Shown here: positions 1 through 9,405 of the stretch, in pieces | Numbering within the stretch: the stretch's first letter is position 1 | How the letters are laid out: every line of letters starts with the position of its first letter | DNA from: a virus | Direction: 5' to 3' (one strand) | IMG/VR virus record: IMGVR_UViG_3300048575_000082 | Location: 1 to 36,915 of that record | DNA: 36,915 nt | The notes under the pieces: generated by a model | The model's input: only the letters and a program-made list of their open reading frames with translations | Told to the model about the DNA's origin: nothing | Databases searched by the model: none | Translations under genes and position numbers: made by a program

Positions 1-524
1 TCCGTGTTGCCGATGATAGCCGTGAGGAGCTTGACCTCGGAATCAAGCTGGTCGTAGTAGTCCAAAGAGCGTCGGATCTTCCGCTCAAGATGCCCCATAC
101 GAGAGTCCAGCGTGGCGACCAACCACTCCTTGGCGTCTTGCATGAGCCGGGCAGAAGCGGCGTCTGCCAGCCCTTGTTGGCCGATGACTTCCCCGTTGCT
201 CATGAGCTGGCTCATGCCCTGCTGATCGCCACGTAGCCGGAAGACGGGATCGGACCTGAGCCGGATGACTAGATCGAGGAAAGGGTTGCCCCCTTGGGCT
301 TCATAGGCGGCCAGGAGCTTCGCCACGTAGGACGTAGGGGGGTCCGCCGTGTAGCCCACAAGGGATCCGTCTGTGCCGTACTTGAAGATTGGCGTTCCGA
401 TGCGGATCTTTTCGGCCTCGAGGTGGTCGATCCGAGCAGAGACGAGGGCCGTCTGCGACCGCGCGAACTTCATGAAGCGGTCGAATTGGCTCTTGTTGAA
501 GGTACCTAGAAAATCCCAAGCCAC
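1..524 (-). CDS. Hypothetical protein, probably virion structural (3' end runs off the window; missing from the ORF track)
   Basis: Hand translation: GTG at 524 preceded by GAGGT (530-534); MAWDFLGTFNKSQFDRFMKFARSQ...LERKIRRSLDYYDQLDSEVKLLTAIIGNT stays open to the window edge (174 codons); starts 12 nt after the stop of 537..2765. Confidence 0.8.
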   Translation of the reverse strand, partial: MAWDFLGTFNKSQFDRFMKFARSQTALVSARIDHLEAEKIRIGTPIFKYGTDGSLVGYTADPPTSYVAKLLAAYEAQGGNPFLDLVIRLRSDPVFRLRGDQQGMSQLMSNGEVIGQQGLADAASARLMQDAKEWLVATLDSRMGHLERKIRRSLDYYDQLDSEVKLLTAIIGNT

Positions 525-536
525 CACACACCTCTA

Positions 537-2765
537 CTAGAAGATCAATCCAAAAGCTTTCTGGAACGCTGAGATGTCAGGGGCGACGTAGGCTAGCGCG
601 ATCCCTGCGGAGTAACCGCCAGGATCCATAGGCGGGGCGTTGCCCGCGTTGTCAATGGCCTCGATAAGCTCGGGGATGCCATTTGTGATCGGGGAAACGT
701 TGAGCACGTAGCAAGAAACGTCGAGGGAGAGGACGTACTCCATGAGCCGGATGAGGAATTCGATGAACCGCTCAAGGGCATTGATCTTGCGCAGAAGCAG
801 GTCGATGAAGTCCTTGATCTCTTGAATGACGCCGTTGAAGGCATCCAAGAGGGATTGGATGGCAGCCAGGATCTGGTAAAGGATCTGCCCCGCCCAAGGG
901 ACGATGTCCCTCAAGAGGGCCAAGGATTGCCAATCCGGCTTCACGCCCCCAAGCGTGAAGTTCTTGATCTGGTTGATAGCCACCAGGACGTTCTTGCGGA
1001 ACGTCTCGTCAGAGTAAACGGACCCGTAGGTGGACGCTTGGGGCAAGTCTATCGAGGACCCTCGGGAGGGGTGCTCAGGATCGTCCGGAATGATATCCGT
1101 GAGGGCGAAGACACATTGCTCCAAGGTGGTCTTTCCACTCATAACGCCAAAGACCACGGGACCCATGGGCAAAGGACCCTGCATGATTTCGCGGAAGCCC
1201 TCGATCGCGTAGCTCCCTGCTTGAAGCATGGCGGAAGCCACGAGGTTCGCCATACGGGTCGAGTTGTACCTGACGATGAACTTCTGCCAAGGCATATCAG
1301 GGTAGCGCCCGGTGACGTCGCTCGGCTTGTATTGCTCCGACATCGTCGTAGCGCTGGAGACAATGCCGACCAGAGGGAGCGCGTCAAAGGTTGCCAAGGG
1401 GCCAGCCCAGTTCTCAAGCGATCCGCGACCGATGTCTTCAGGAAGCGTGGGATACACAGGGTCGCCGTTGTCATTGAAGACTGGTCGCACCACCGTGGGA
1501 TTGGTATCTGGCCCGGTCTTTTTGATGATTGGTGCCAGATGGAAATCAAGGGAAAAGGCCGTCTGAAAGAGTCGTTTGAGGTTCTCAAGGACGTCAAAGT
1601 TGGCCGGGATTTTGGGGATACGTACACTGAAGATCCCCGTAGGCTTACCCATGACGGGCGGATCCGAGCTATCATCTGCGGGCCAAGTGAAGCCGGAGGG
1701 GTTCGTTGGCGTGTAGCTCAGCGTTGCGGGGAAGAACAAGATGTGCTGGTTCTTGTCCCAGAACAAGCTCCCGCTGAAGGCACGGACCCGGTAGTAGTAG
1801 GTCTTATCCTTTTCAACCTCACTGTCAATCCAGCGGAATTTACCGAGCTGCCCCGTCCAGAAGGTCTCCGGTGTTTGCGTTGGACTCACCATGTAGTACC
1901 GCTGGAACTTCACAACAATGTCCCCATACATGTCGCGAACGCGTTCCTTGCGCTTGACCAGCTTACCTCCGGATTCGAACCCTGTCTCACGTTGATGCGT
2001 GACGATGCCTACTGAATCTGGCTCGCTCGCGGCCGTCCCGATATCGATCTCCGCCGACATAGGGTCGATCTCTGACTTCTCTACGAGGAAGCAGGGCGGG
2101 ATGAACTCTGCCGCCGTGTTTGCTACGACGTCTTGGAAACCGGGATCGGGTGTCATCTGCGCGGTAGGTAGTGACCACTCAACCGCAACGGCTGTGATGT
2201 CCGTACTGAAGATCTTGGCAACGGCGAGGATGGGGTCTCCCTTGTCCCCAACGGGGAGCACACGGGCATTAGCTGGCGCGGCATACCGAGGCGCCGTGAA
2301 CTCCTTGCCGAAGAACCTCAAGAGAACCATGATGAGGCGGATCATCCGCATGACGGAGGATGCGTCGACCATGAGGATGATGAACCCCGCCTGGTTGAAA
2401 AACGGCAAGGGTTGCGGCCGGTTGGGGTCCTTGTCGTCAAAGAGGCTCGCCTTGAAGCGGTTGACGAAGGCTTGTGAACCCCCGGCATTGCGATCGAAGT
2501 TGGGATCGAAGTTCGGTTCGGGGACGTCGAAGTACCCGTAGAGGCCCGTCTGTTTGAGCGCCTCAAACATCTGCTGGATGAGCTTGATGAGGGCCTCAAC
2601 CAATGCCTTGATCGGGTTGCCGAAGTCAATCAAGAACGCCTTGATCGTCTCCAGGATGGCCTTGAGAACTTCAAGGTACACCAAAAGCGTCTCGAGGACG
2701 CCCCTGACCTTCTCAAGGTAGTCCTTGCCCGGGATCTGAAGGGTAAACTTCTGCCAGTCAGACAT
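537..2765 (-). CDS. Putative virion/baseplate protein (742 aa) with amphipathic helical termini and a central FN3-like strand motif
   Basis: Long ORF in the operon; WIDSEVEKDKTYYYRVRAF resembles the FN3 tyrosine-corner motif; N- and C-terminal regions are Leu/Ile-rich helices that resemble each other. Confidence 0.7.
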   Translation of the reverse strand: MSDWQKFTLQIPGKDYLEKVRGVLETLLVYLEVLKAILETIKAFLIDFGNPIKALVEALIKLIQQMFEALKQTGLYGYFDVPEPNFDPNFDRNAGGSQAFVNRFKASLFDDKDPNRPQPLPFFNQAGFIILMVDASSVMRMIRLIMVLLRFFGKEFTAPRYAAPANARVLPVGDKGDPILAVAKIFSTDITAVAVEWSLPTAQMTPDPGFQDVVANTAAEFIPPCFLVEKSEIDPMSAEIDIGTAASEPDSVGIVTHQRETGFESGGKLVKRKERVRDMYGDIVVKFQRYYMVSPTQTPETFWTGQLGKFRWIDSEVEKDKTYYYRVRAFSGSLFWDKNQHILFFPATLSYTPTNPSGFTWPADDSSDPPVMGKPTGIFSVRIPKIPANFDVLENLKRLFQTAFSLDFHLAPIIKKTGPDTNPTVVRPVFNDNGDPVYPTLPEDIGRGSLENWAGPLATFDALPLVGIVSSATTMSEQYKPSDVTGRYPDMPWQKFIVRYNSTRMANLVASAMLQAGSYAIEGFREIMQGPLPMGPVVFGVMSGKTTLEQCVFALTDIIPDDPEHPSRGSSIDLPQASTYGSVYSDETFRKNVLVAINQIKNFTLGGVKPDWQSLALLRDIVPWAGQILYQILAAIQSLLDAFNGVIQEIKDFIDLLLRKINALERFIEFLIRLMEYVLSLDVSCYVLNVSPITNGIPELIEAIDNAGNAPPMDPGGYSAGIALAYVAPDISAFQKAFGLIF

Positions 2766-2766
2766 G

Positions 2767-3030
2767 TCAGCTCCCGTAGGTCAGGCGCTCAATCTTGCGG
2801 CGATAGGCGGCGATCTGGTTCTCACTAGCCTTCTTAGCCAGTTCAAGTACTTTGAGCATCTCCTCGTTGATCTTGAAACGCGTGCGCGTCTCCCACTCCG
2901 CCTTTACGTGATCGCCAGGAGCTTCGTCATTGCGCTCAGGCTCTCCGCTAGTAGCCGGGATCGCTCCAGGATCGCTCGAGCCCACCGCACCCTCGTTCCG
3001 TTCATCAGATTGATTCTCGAGTCGATCCAT
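2767..3030 (-). CDS. Small hypothetical protein (87 aa) with C-terminal coiled coil; overlaps the upstream gene by 127 nt
   Basis: ATG at 3030 preceded by GGAG at 6 nt; its stop lies 1 nt before the next ATG and it fills the gap 2766-2903; helical end EEMLKVLELAKKASENQIAAYRRKIERL. Confidence 0.7.
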   Translation of the reverse strand: MDRLENQSDERNEGAVGSSDPGAIPATSGEPERNDEAPGDHVKAEWETRTRFKINEEMLKVLELAKKASENQIAAYRRKIERLTYGS

Positions 3031-6000
3031 GTGTATCTCCGATCGTACAAGCGGTCCCCTGAAGAGAGGACGCTTACGATAGTAGCCATTGGCCCAGATG
3101 GATTCGTCAAAGTCGCCACACGGGCAAGCGTTGCCGTATCCCTTGCGTCAAGGTCATCCGCCAAGGTCGCCCTCGCGAAGGCCGTAGGGTCGATCAATCC
3201 GGCCGTCGTAACCACCGGGACGCTCGTTGTCAGAAGTACTCCGAAGGCTTGGGCGGTTGCCACGAAGGCGTCGTTGGCCAGCAGCACAACCATCAAAAGC
3301 TGCAAGGTTTCAATCCGGACCCCGAAGATCGACCCCACCTGATAGGCCCCGGAAGCAGCGGGGAAGGCGGTCGTAACCTCCAAGACGGTCTCGCTTGTCA
3401 CCGAGGCCACCTCGTAGAATCCCGCGTTGCCCCCCATGCGGATGTAAACCACGTCCCCAGAAGAAACCCCCGAGGTCTCAAAGGTTGCCCCGGGATCCGT
3501 CAGCGTCGTCCCCGACATGCCTCCGGTCCCAGCCCCTACGTAGGTGAAGACCAGGTCGATGAAGGCTTCCAGGGCGCCGTTTTCGGAAAGCATCGGCGTC
3601 GTATTGGTCAAGATGACCCCGAGGAGCCCCGTGTTCGCCCCCACAAGGGTGTCCAAGGCCGTCCCCGAGCCTGCGTGCGATCCGAATGACGCCAGCGGGT
3701 TGATGACCCTGTAGGAGGTCACAACGCCATTGGTTGCAGCCGTCGAGAACCGCAAGACTGTCTGGCTCACAACCTGCGTGACTTGAAGCCGCCGCCCTGC
3801 CGAGGCCCCCGTCGTGATCACAAGGGTATGCCCCGGTTGAACCCCAGCCGTCTGGAAGGTCGCCGCCAAGTCCGTCAGGGTGTCCGTCAACGTGATCGTC
3901 CCCGAACCCGTCACGAGCGAGCTTGGGGCGACTACCTCTACGGTGAACCCCGTGTCGGCGTGAAGGAAGGGCAGCCCCACCGTGATGGTCGTAGGCGTCG
4001 CTGACACAACCTCGTAGAAGTCCGAGGGACCATTGAGCCCATCCAGAATGCGAACGAGGTCGTAGACCTTGGGCGTCACAGGAAGAGGCGCCGTGACCGT
4101 GATGATCGTGCGCGTCACATCCAAAGACCCCGTCCGTGTGACTTCCGATGTAGTGACATCACGCACATCTTGAACGTAGTTGGGGTCGTTGCCGAGGTAG
4201 CCCGCGCCAAGCTCACAGCCGGGAGAGGGGCTCAAGACGGGGAAGAGGATCTCACCGTCGTCATCGGTAGTGCCTCCGTAGAGGGCCGGGATCTTCTCGG
4301 GTGCGGTGAGCTGGTTGTTGAGGGTGACCTCACACGATAGCGTAGCCCCTGCGGGGAGAGGCTTGGCTTGAAGCTCTGCCGGAACGGGCGGCGTGAGGCT
4401 CCCGTCAAACGGTGGGAAGGGCTTGACGTAGAGAATCTGCCCCGTCTCACCATTGAAGGCAAAGTCGCGCCCCGCCAAGTAGGTCGCGATGGCGTCTGCT
4501 GTGCCCGCACCGAACGGGCATTGCGTAGAACGATAGACCGTCGTCCCAACGGCAGCAGCAGTCGGCAGTGTTCCGCTCAAGGTCAGAGATGTGGCTGCAA
4601 CACCTACAACGGACACGTGATCGCTCTCGGCGATGAGGATGGTGCCATCACGGGCTTGAACGACGATCTCCATCCCGACCTTGAAGGGCGGCCGTACGTT
4701 ATCGGCTGAGCCTTGGGCATTGTCTACTGTGAGGGAGGCCGCCCCGGCTGCTGTGGGGTAGATTGTCACAGCCCAAGCCAAGCGGGTCCGAAGGTTGTAG
4801 ACCCCGGTGATACCCTTGGAGCCTGTGTCCATGACAGGGTCCCCTGTTTCCACGCCGGGGGCGACCACCCCATAACGGCGACGCCAGGTCGGATAGAAGC
4901 GGCTCCACGTAGACGCCTCGTAAGCATGGAGATACGTGCCCAGAGCCGTCATGCTGAAGTTGGGGAAGGCGAACGAGATGCTGTAAGGCGAATCCGAAAC
5001 CTTGATGAGGTCGTCGATCTGGTTGGTGACCGTTGACCAATCCAAGGGGAGCGTGGGGTTGGTTGGCCGTTTGGGGTTGTCCGCGTTCCCGTCAAAACGG
5101 ATGCGTCCATCTTGAGACCCCACGATACGCCCGTCCATGTTTTGCAGGACGTCCTCAAGGAGATTGACCGCGTCGTTGTACCACTTGAGAACGATCCGCC
5201 CAACGAAGTCCTGGTTGGCGTAGTCCCCCTCTGGGTAATAGACCGATGGCGACCCTTGGTCTTGAAGCTGCGTGGCGCCCACGTTGGAAAGCATAGGGCC
5301 ACTGGAGGGGACGCTGTTCTTGGCTTCTTTCGTGTAGTCAGCGACAAGCTCCGCCTGGTAGTCCGTCATCTTGACGACGCGGTAGTAGAACGTGTCGGGG
5401 GAGGCGAGGCTGTAGTCCATGAGGACCCCTTGCCCGAGCAGCCCGTTGGAGTCGTCCGGCGTGATGATCGACGTGTAGGTCGCTCGAAGACGGCGGCCCT
5501 CCTCAATGGTATTGTAGCCCGTGTAGATGATGTTCCAGGACTGCTTGGGGGAGAGCGGGCTCTCAAAGGTCACTTGTCCCGTGGTATCCATGCTGTAGCG
5601 TGGCGAGGTATCCGTTGAAAGGATGATTCCGCGCTCACCCTCAACACGCGAATAGACAAGCACGCTTTGCATAGCCTGCGGCGCGATCGGTGCCACGGGG
5701 TCCATCTTCGTCTTGGCAGTTGTCGCGGTAGCTTCAAGAATGGGGCGCACGGTACGCCGAAGCGTCACGCTTGACGCCGTGCATTGTCGAAGGAGGTTCG
5801 TCCCCAAGGTCAGCTCGGTCACATCCAGGGTCTCATCGTATTTTGCCCCCTGCACGATCGCGTAGCTCACTTGACCCGTGGCGTAGTCAAACCGAATGAC
5901 TACGCCCTTTTGATAGAAGTCTCGGAGGTCCCCCGTGAACTTGAGCTTGTTGACGCCTCGAGGAGAAGCCTCGAACGTGTGAATCTCCGGCACGAAGTAG

Positions 6001-8834
6001 GTAGAAATCGGCGTCGCCCCCGAAGGCATGAAGAGCTTCGGTGAGGTCCACTTCGCTTGGAACGTGTCGTTTGGATTGAGCGTGACCGTTGTCACCCCAC
6101 CCGAATACGTGACGGATTCGATGAAATGGACCTCAGAGGTCTCGATGAGGAGAAGGTAGTCCGGCTTGAAGGTTGCGGTCCAATCCCCCGCAAGCTGGAA
6201 GGACGATGCGTCCTCATCAAAGACTACGGTGACGACCGACATCGGGGGCTGAAGCACTGTGATGGTCTTCTCACCCCCAACGGCCCCCAGGACGTAGTAG
6301 TCAATGTAGATCGATTCGTCTGGAGCTACCTTGTTGCCGTGAGGCAGAAGCCCATCGACGTGAAGATCGGGGAGGAATGTGCAGGTTGACGTGAGCAAGT
6401 CGAGGCTGTACTGCGAAGGCGTCTGGGGACGCCCACCCCGAAAAACGGCCGGGGCCGGGTCAGGGGCTATATTGCGCCCCGATGGGTTGAACAAGACGGT
6501 GTCCGTGACGACCGTCCTGGGCTGCGCCAGCTCTTTGCGGATGAGAAAAGTCATCGGTTCGACCACGGAGGTCGTTTCCCCCGTGTCGGTGTTGACGGAG
6601 ACGTACTCAACGCGGCCTTCTTCATCCGACATGAAGCGGTCCGTGAATTCAAAGAACCCAAGGGGCGCCGTGAGCTTGTAGTCGACGCCGGGTGTGAGGC
6701 TCCTGGCCCAATAGACCGTCTCCCCAGTGTCCACGTCATCTTGGGCGAAGTTAAGCTCCCCAGCGGCATTGACTTCCAATGACCCTGCGGGGATGGCAGA
6801 TGGCGACGAGAAGGTCGTCACCAAGACCGGCGTGGTCGAGAAAGGAGACCGCCCATAACGAATCCGAAACTTGGAGACCCATGCGGTGGGGACCGTGAGC
6901 CGTGGGCTGTTCGTGATGGTGCCCAAGGGGAGGATGCGCTCCACCTTGGTATTGGGATCCTGGAGAACAACCTCTTGGAAGTAACGGTCGGCGAGGATCT
7001 CGGTGCCACGCCGAACCTCATAGGTTAGCGGGCCGGAGTCGAACCCCTCAACGTCAAGCCGGACGCTCACCGTACTCATGATGAGCGTGATCGTGTAGAC
7101 CCCCTTGACCGTCCCAGGGCTTGTTTCACTGGTGATGACAACGAGGTCCCCCGGCTGCGCAAAGGTCGTGAAGTCCTTGGTGGGGTCCGTGAAGGTCGTG
7201 CCCGTAATGGAGCCATTAGTTCCGGAAGCCCTCAAGGTCCCGGTGGTCCTTGTGAAAAAGACCACCCCGGATAGCGGCTCAATGAAGGCGTCCGACGTGA
7301 GGTCAAGCGTCGCCCAAGTCCCCGGGATGAGCGTTTCAAGCTCGAGAAGTAGCCCCGTCGTTTGGATGTACGTGTCCGGAAGCTGCGCCGAGCTACCCGG
7401 CAACGCACGATCGATGACGTACTGAAGCCGCCGTTGTGCGAACTTGAGCTGCCCCTCAGTGTAGTCCAGGATGTAACCGTAGGTGCGGGGAGCTATGATA
7501 CTGTAGGTCTCAAGGTTGGGGAAGTCATCGCTTGTGTAGCTCCCGGTCCCTTGCGTGACGTAGACCTGCATGGGGTAGGTTTCGAGGGGCGTAGCTGGGA
7601 GGAACACAAAGGGAGCGCCTACGACGGATCCGGTGAGTGTTTCCTTCTCGGCGGGATAGATGAGCCGGAAGTCAGGGATGTCAGGGTTGGAGGCATCGGG
7701 GTTGACGGGGCACCGAAAGAGCCGGAGGGAAACACCGTGCTCGATGGGGAGATCGCCGACATACGCCGTGAGGGTCCATGTGCCGTAGACCGCCGCGTCT
7801 GCGACGGAGAAGGCCAAGGCGCCATCGGACCGGCGAATCTGGACGGATCCACGATCGACCGTGGTGAAGCTGTCAACGAAGATGGTCGTTCCGAATTGCT
7901 TGCGTTGCGTTCCGGATGTTGCGACGAAAACGACGTCGCCACCTTCGGATGGGAGCGGCCATAGGGCAGAGGGTGTCGCGACCGTTCCAAGGCTGCGGGT
8001 TGGGATAGCCAGCCCTGTCTGCATGAGCACGCCGTCGTAGTAGACCGCCTTCGTTGCGGCAGAGTTGAGCTTGAGGCGCCCTGTGTTGGCCGCCCATTCA
8101 ACGGTCCCCGGGGCGGGGTCACTCGAGAAGGCCGTCTCATTGGCGCGCTCGATGGCGGTGAGAGGTAGGTCAAACCCCAAGCGAATCTGCGGCACCTGCC
8201 CCGATGCTGGGATAGGGGATAGCAGCAAAACGTCCGAGGGTACCCCCAAAAGGCCCGAGCTATTCGTTTGGAAGCCTTGGCGCTGACACGCGACGCTGCG
8301 CCCAGCGTAGTAGGTAAGGTCCGCTGGATGCCAGTTGATCGTCCCGGTGTCCTCGGCGATTTGAATGTAGCCTGATCCCGGGTCCGAGAAGTGCGCCTCA
8401 TCGGGGACGACTGTTGGGCGTAGAGTGATGCCGCTATCTCCAGGGGCCGTGACAGACACTCGCAGGGGATAGTGGATGAGGTCGTCTGAAACAGGCGGCG
8501 TGATCTTGAGGCGGTTTGTGTTGGAATCCAACCCTACGGTTCCTACGGCGTCGGGTGCGGCCCCCTTGAGCAGATCGTAGCGCTGCGTCCTTCCCATGAA
8601 GTCAAAGCGACGAACCGTCTCGTTCTTAGTCCAACCGAACCGTGAGGTTGTGACATTTCCCTCGGTGGTCACAAGTACGAGGTAGTCGTCATTCGGATTG
8701 ATCTCGGTGGCGGGGTAGGCGGCATTCCAGGCGGTCCAATCAGTGATGCGGTTATCGGGGGTCGCCGTGTACGTGTTGTTGGCGGTCCCAACACGGGGCT
8801 TCTCGAGGATGTAGCCGCTGATGCTGAATGCCAT
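2904..8834 (-). CDS. Giant beta-rich virion structural protein (1976 aa; baseplate wedge/fibre scaffold candidate)
   Basis: Thr/Gly/Val/Pro-rich; recurring D/N-x-x-T/S-G-x-hydrophobic motifs (IAEDTGTINW, AANTGRLKL, ILDYTEGQLKF, IEPLSGVVFF, SMDTTGQVTF, FNGETGQILY) and three TxTDxxxxF...GD/H-x-V-x-I repeats; lies downstream of the spike genes. Confidence 0.7.
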   Translation of the reverse strand: MAFSISGYILEKPRVGTANNTYTATPDNRITDWTAWNAAYPATEINPNDDYLVLVTTEGNVTTSRFGWTKNETVRRFDFMGRTQRYDLLKGAAPDAVGTVGLDSNTNRLKITPPVSDDLIHYPLRVSVTAPGDSGITLRPTVVPDEAHFSDPGSGYIQIAEDTGTINWHPADLTYYAGRSVACQRQGFQTNSSGLLGVPSDVLLLSPIPASGQVPQIRLGFDLPLTAIERANETAFSSDPAPGTVEWAANTGRLKLNSAATKAVYYDGVLMQTGLAIPTRSLGTVATPSALWPLPSEGGDVVFVATSGTQRKQFGTTIFVDSFTTVDRGSVQIRRSDGALAFSVADAAVYGTWTLTAYVGDLPIEHGVSLRLFRCPVNPDASNPDIPDFRLIYPAEKETLTGSVVGAPFVFLPATPLETYPMQVYVTQGTGSYTSDDFPNLETYSIIAPRTYGYILDYTEGQLKFAQRRLQYVIDRALPGSSAQLPDTYIQTTGLLLELETLIPGTWATLDLTSDAFIEPLSGVVFFTRTTGTLRASGTNGSITGTTFTDPTKDFTTFAQPGDLVVITSETSPGTVKGVYTITLIMSTVSVRLDVEGFDSGPLTYEVRRGTEILADRYFQEVVLQDPNTKVERILPLGTITNSPRLTVPTAWVSKFRIRYGRSPFSTTPVLVTTFSSPSAIPAGSLEVNAAGELNFAQDDVDTGETVYWARSLTPGVDYKLTAPLGFFEFTDRFMSDEEGRVEYVSVNTDTGETTSVVEPMTFLIRKELAQPRTVVTDTVLFNPSGRNIAPDPAPAVFRGGRPQTPSQYSLDLLTSTCTFLPDLHVDGLLPHGNKVAPDESIYIDYYVLGAVGGEKTITVLQPPMSVVTVVFDEDASSFQLAGDWTATFKPDYLLLIETSEVHFIESVTYSGGVTTVTLNPNDTFQAKWTSPKLFMPSGATPISTYFVPEIHTFEASPRGVNKLKFTGDLRDFYQKGVVIRFDYATGQVSYAIVQGAKYDETLDVTELTLGTNLLRQCTASSVTLRRTVRPILEATATTAKTKMDPVAPIAPQAMQSVLVYSRVEGERGIILSTDTSPRYSMDTTGQVTFESPLSPKQSWNIIYTGYNTIEEGRRLRATYTSIITPDDSNGLLGQGVLMDYSLASPDTFYYRVVKMTDYQAELVADYTKEAKNSVPSSGPMLSNVGATQLQDQGSPSVYYPEGDYANQDFVGRIVLKWYNDAVNLLEDVLQNMDGRIVGSQDGRIRFDGNADNPKRPTNPTLPLDWSTVTNQIDDLIKVSDSPYSISFAFPNFSMTALGTYLHAYEASTWSRFYPTWRRRYGVVAPGVETGDPVMDTGSKGITGVYNLRTRLAWAVTIYPTAAGAASLTVDNAQGSADNVRPPFKVGMEIVVQARDGTILIAESDHVSVVGVAATSLTLSGTLPTAAAVGTTVYRSTQCPFGAGTADAIATYLAGRDFAFNGETGQILYVKPFPPFDGSLTPPVPAELQAKPLPAGATLSCEVTLNNQLTAPEKIPALYGGTTDDDGEILFPVLSPSPGCELGAGYLGNDPNYVQDVRDVTTSEVTRTGSLDVTRTIITVTAPLPVTPKVYDLVRILDGLNGPSDFYEVVSATPTTITVGLPFLHADTGFTVEVVAPSSLVTGSGTITLTDTLTDLAATFQTAGVQPGHTLVITTGASAGRRLQVTQVVSQTVLRFSTAATNGVVTSYRVINPLASFGSHAGSGTALDTLVGANTGLLGVILTNTTPMLSENGALEAFIDLVFTYVGAGTGGMSGTTLTDPGATFETSGVSSGDVVYIRMGGNAGFYEVASVTSETVLEVTTAFPAASGAYQVGSIFGVRIETLQLLMVVLLANDAFVATAQAFGVLLTTSVPVVTTAGLIDPTAFARATLADDLDARDTATLARVATLTNPSGPMATIVSVLSSGDRLYDRRYTWIDSRINLMNGTRVRWARAILERSRLLAESLSAMTKLLAIT

Positions 8835-8835
8835 G

Positions 8836-9405
8836 TCAAATCACCTTCCCAAATCCCGTGCCTGCGCCAGCGGCAGGTGAAGCCGACCCGACTATCGGGA
8901 TCGGTATCATTAGAGTCGCGAAAGTTTGGTTGAGCCCCATCCCGATGGCGGTAGCGATGGTTGTAACACCTTGCCCGACCATACCGACCTCTGCAAGTCC
9001 GGCGATGATCATAGGGGCGGCGGGAACGGGACTGAACCGAGCTACACCTACACCGGATCCGATACCGGGGTGCGTTGTCTTGATGATGGCCTGCAAGAAG
9101 GCCGTGGATAGCCCTGTGGCAAGGCCGAGAGCCTTGAGTGGCATCATGATTCCAACGTTCCCCGTTGCCGCGAAGGCTGCCGCAATGTTGGCCAGCAGGA
9201 GGGGCTGTGGAACAATGAGCGGGAGCTGCCCCGACCCGACCCCGAGGGATCCTGAGTCAATGGTCGTGACCGTGAGGGATAGCAGCCACTTCGAGGTCCC
9301 GATCGAAACGCCGAGGGCGAAGTTCGGCGTTCCCAGCCCCAGCATACCCGTAGCCAGAAGAGCTGGTGTCACAACCCCTGCGGCGCCAACGGGTGTGAAG
9401 GGCAT
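8836..9405 (-). CDS. Hydrophobic Gly-rich protein (189 aa) with three internal repeats; candidate spike tip/cap
   Basis: Start reassigned to ATG 9405, which overlaps the spike stop as TAATG; MPFTPVGAAGVV...GAGTGFGKVI; very few charged residues; directly follows the spike gene. The function is inference. Confidence 0.65.
   Translation of the reverse strand: MPFTPVGAAGVVTPALLATGMLGLGTPNFALGVSIGTSKWLLSLTVTTIDSGSLGVGSGQLPLIVPQPLLLANIAAAFAATGNVGIMMPLKALGLATGLSTAFLQAIIKTTHPGIGSGVGVARFSPVPAAPMIIAGLAEVGMVGQGVTTIATAIGMGLNQTFATLMIPIPIVGSASPAAGAGTGFGKVI

Noticed and set aside
301-531. 76-aa minus-strand ORF given in the track
   Set aside because: Another frame (GTG 524 to the window edge) has a Shine-Dalgarno and protein-like sequence, so the track ORF is an off-frame shadow.
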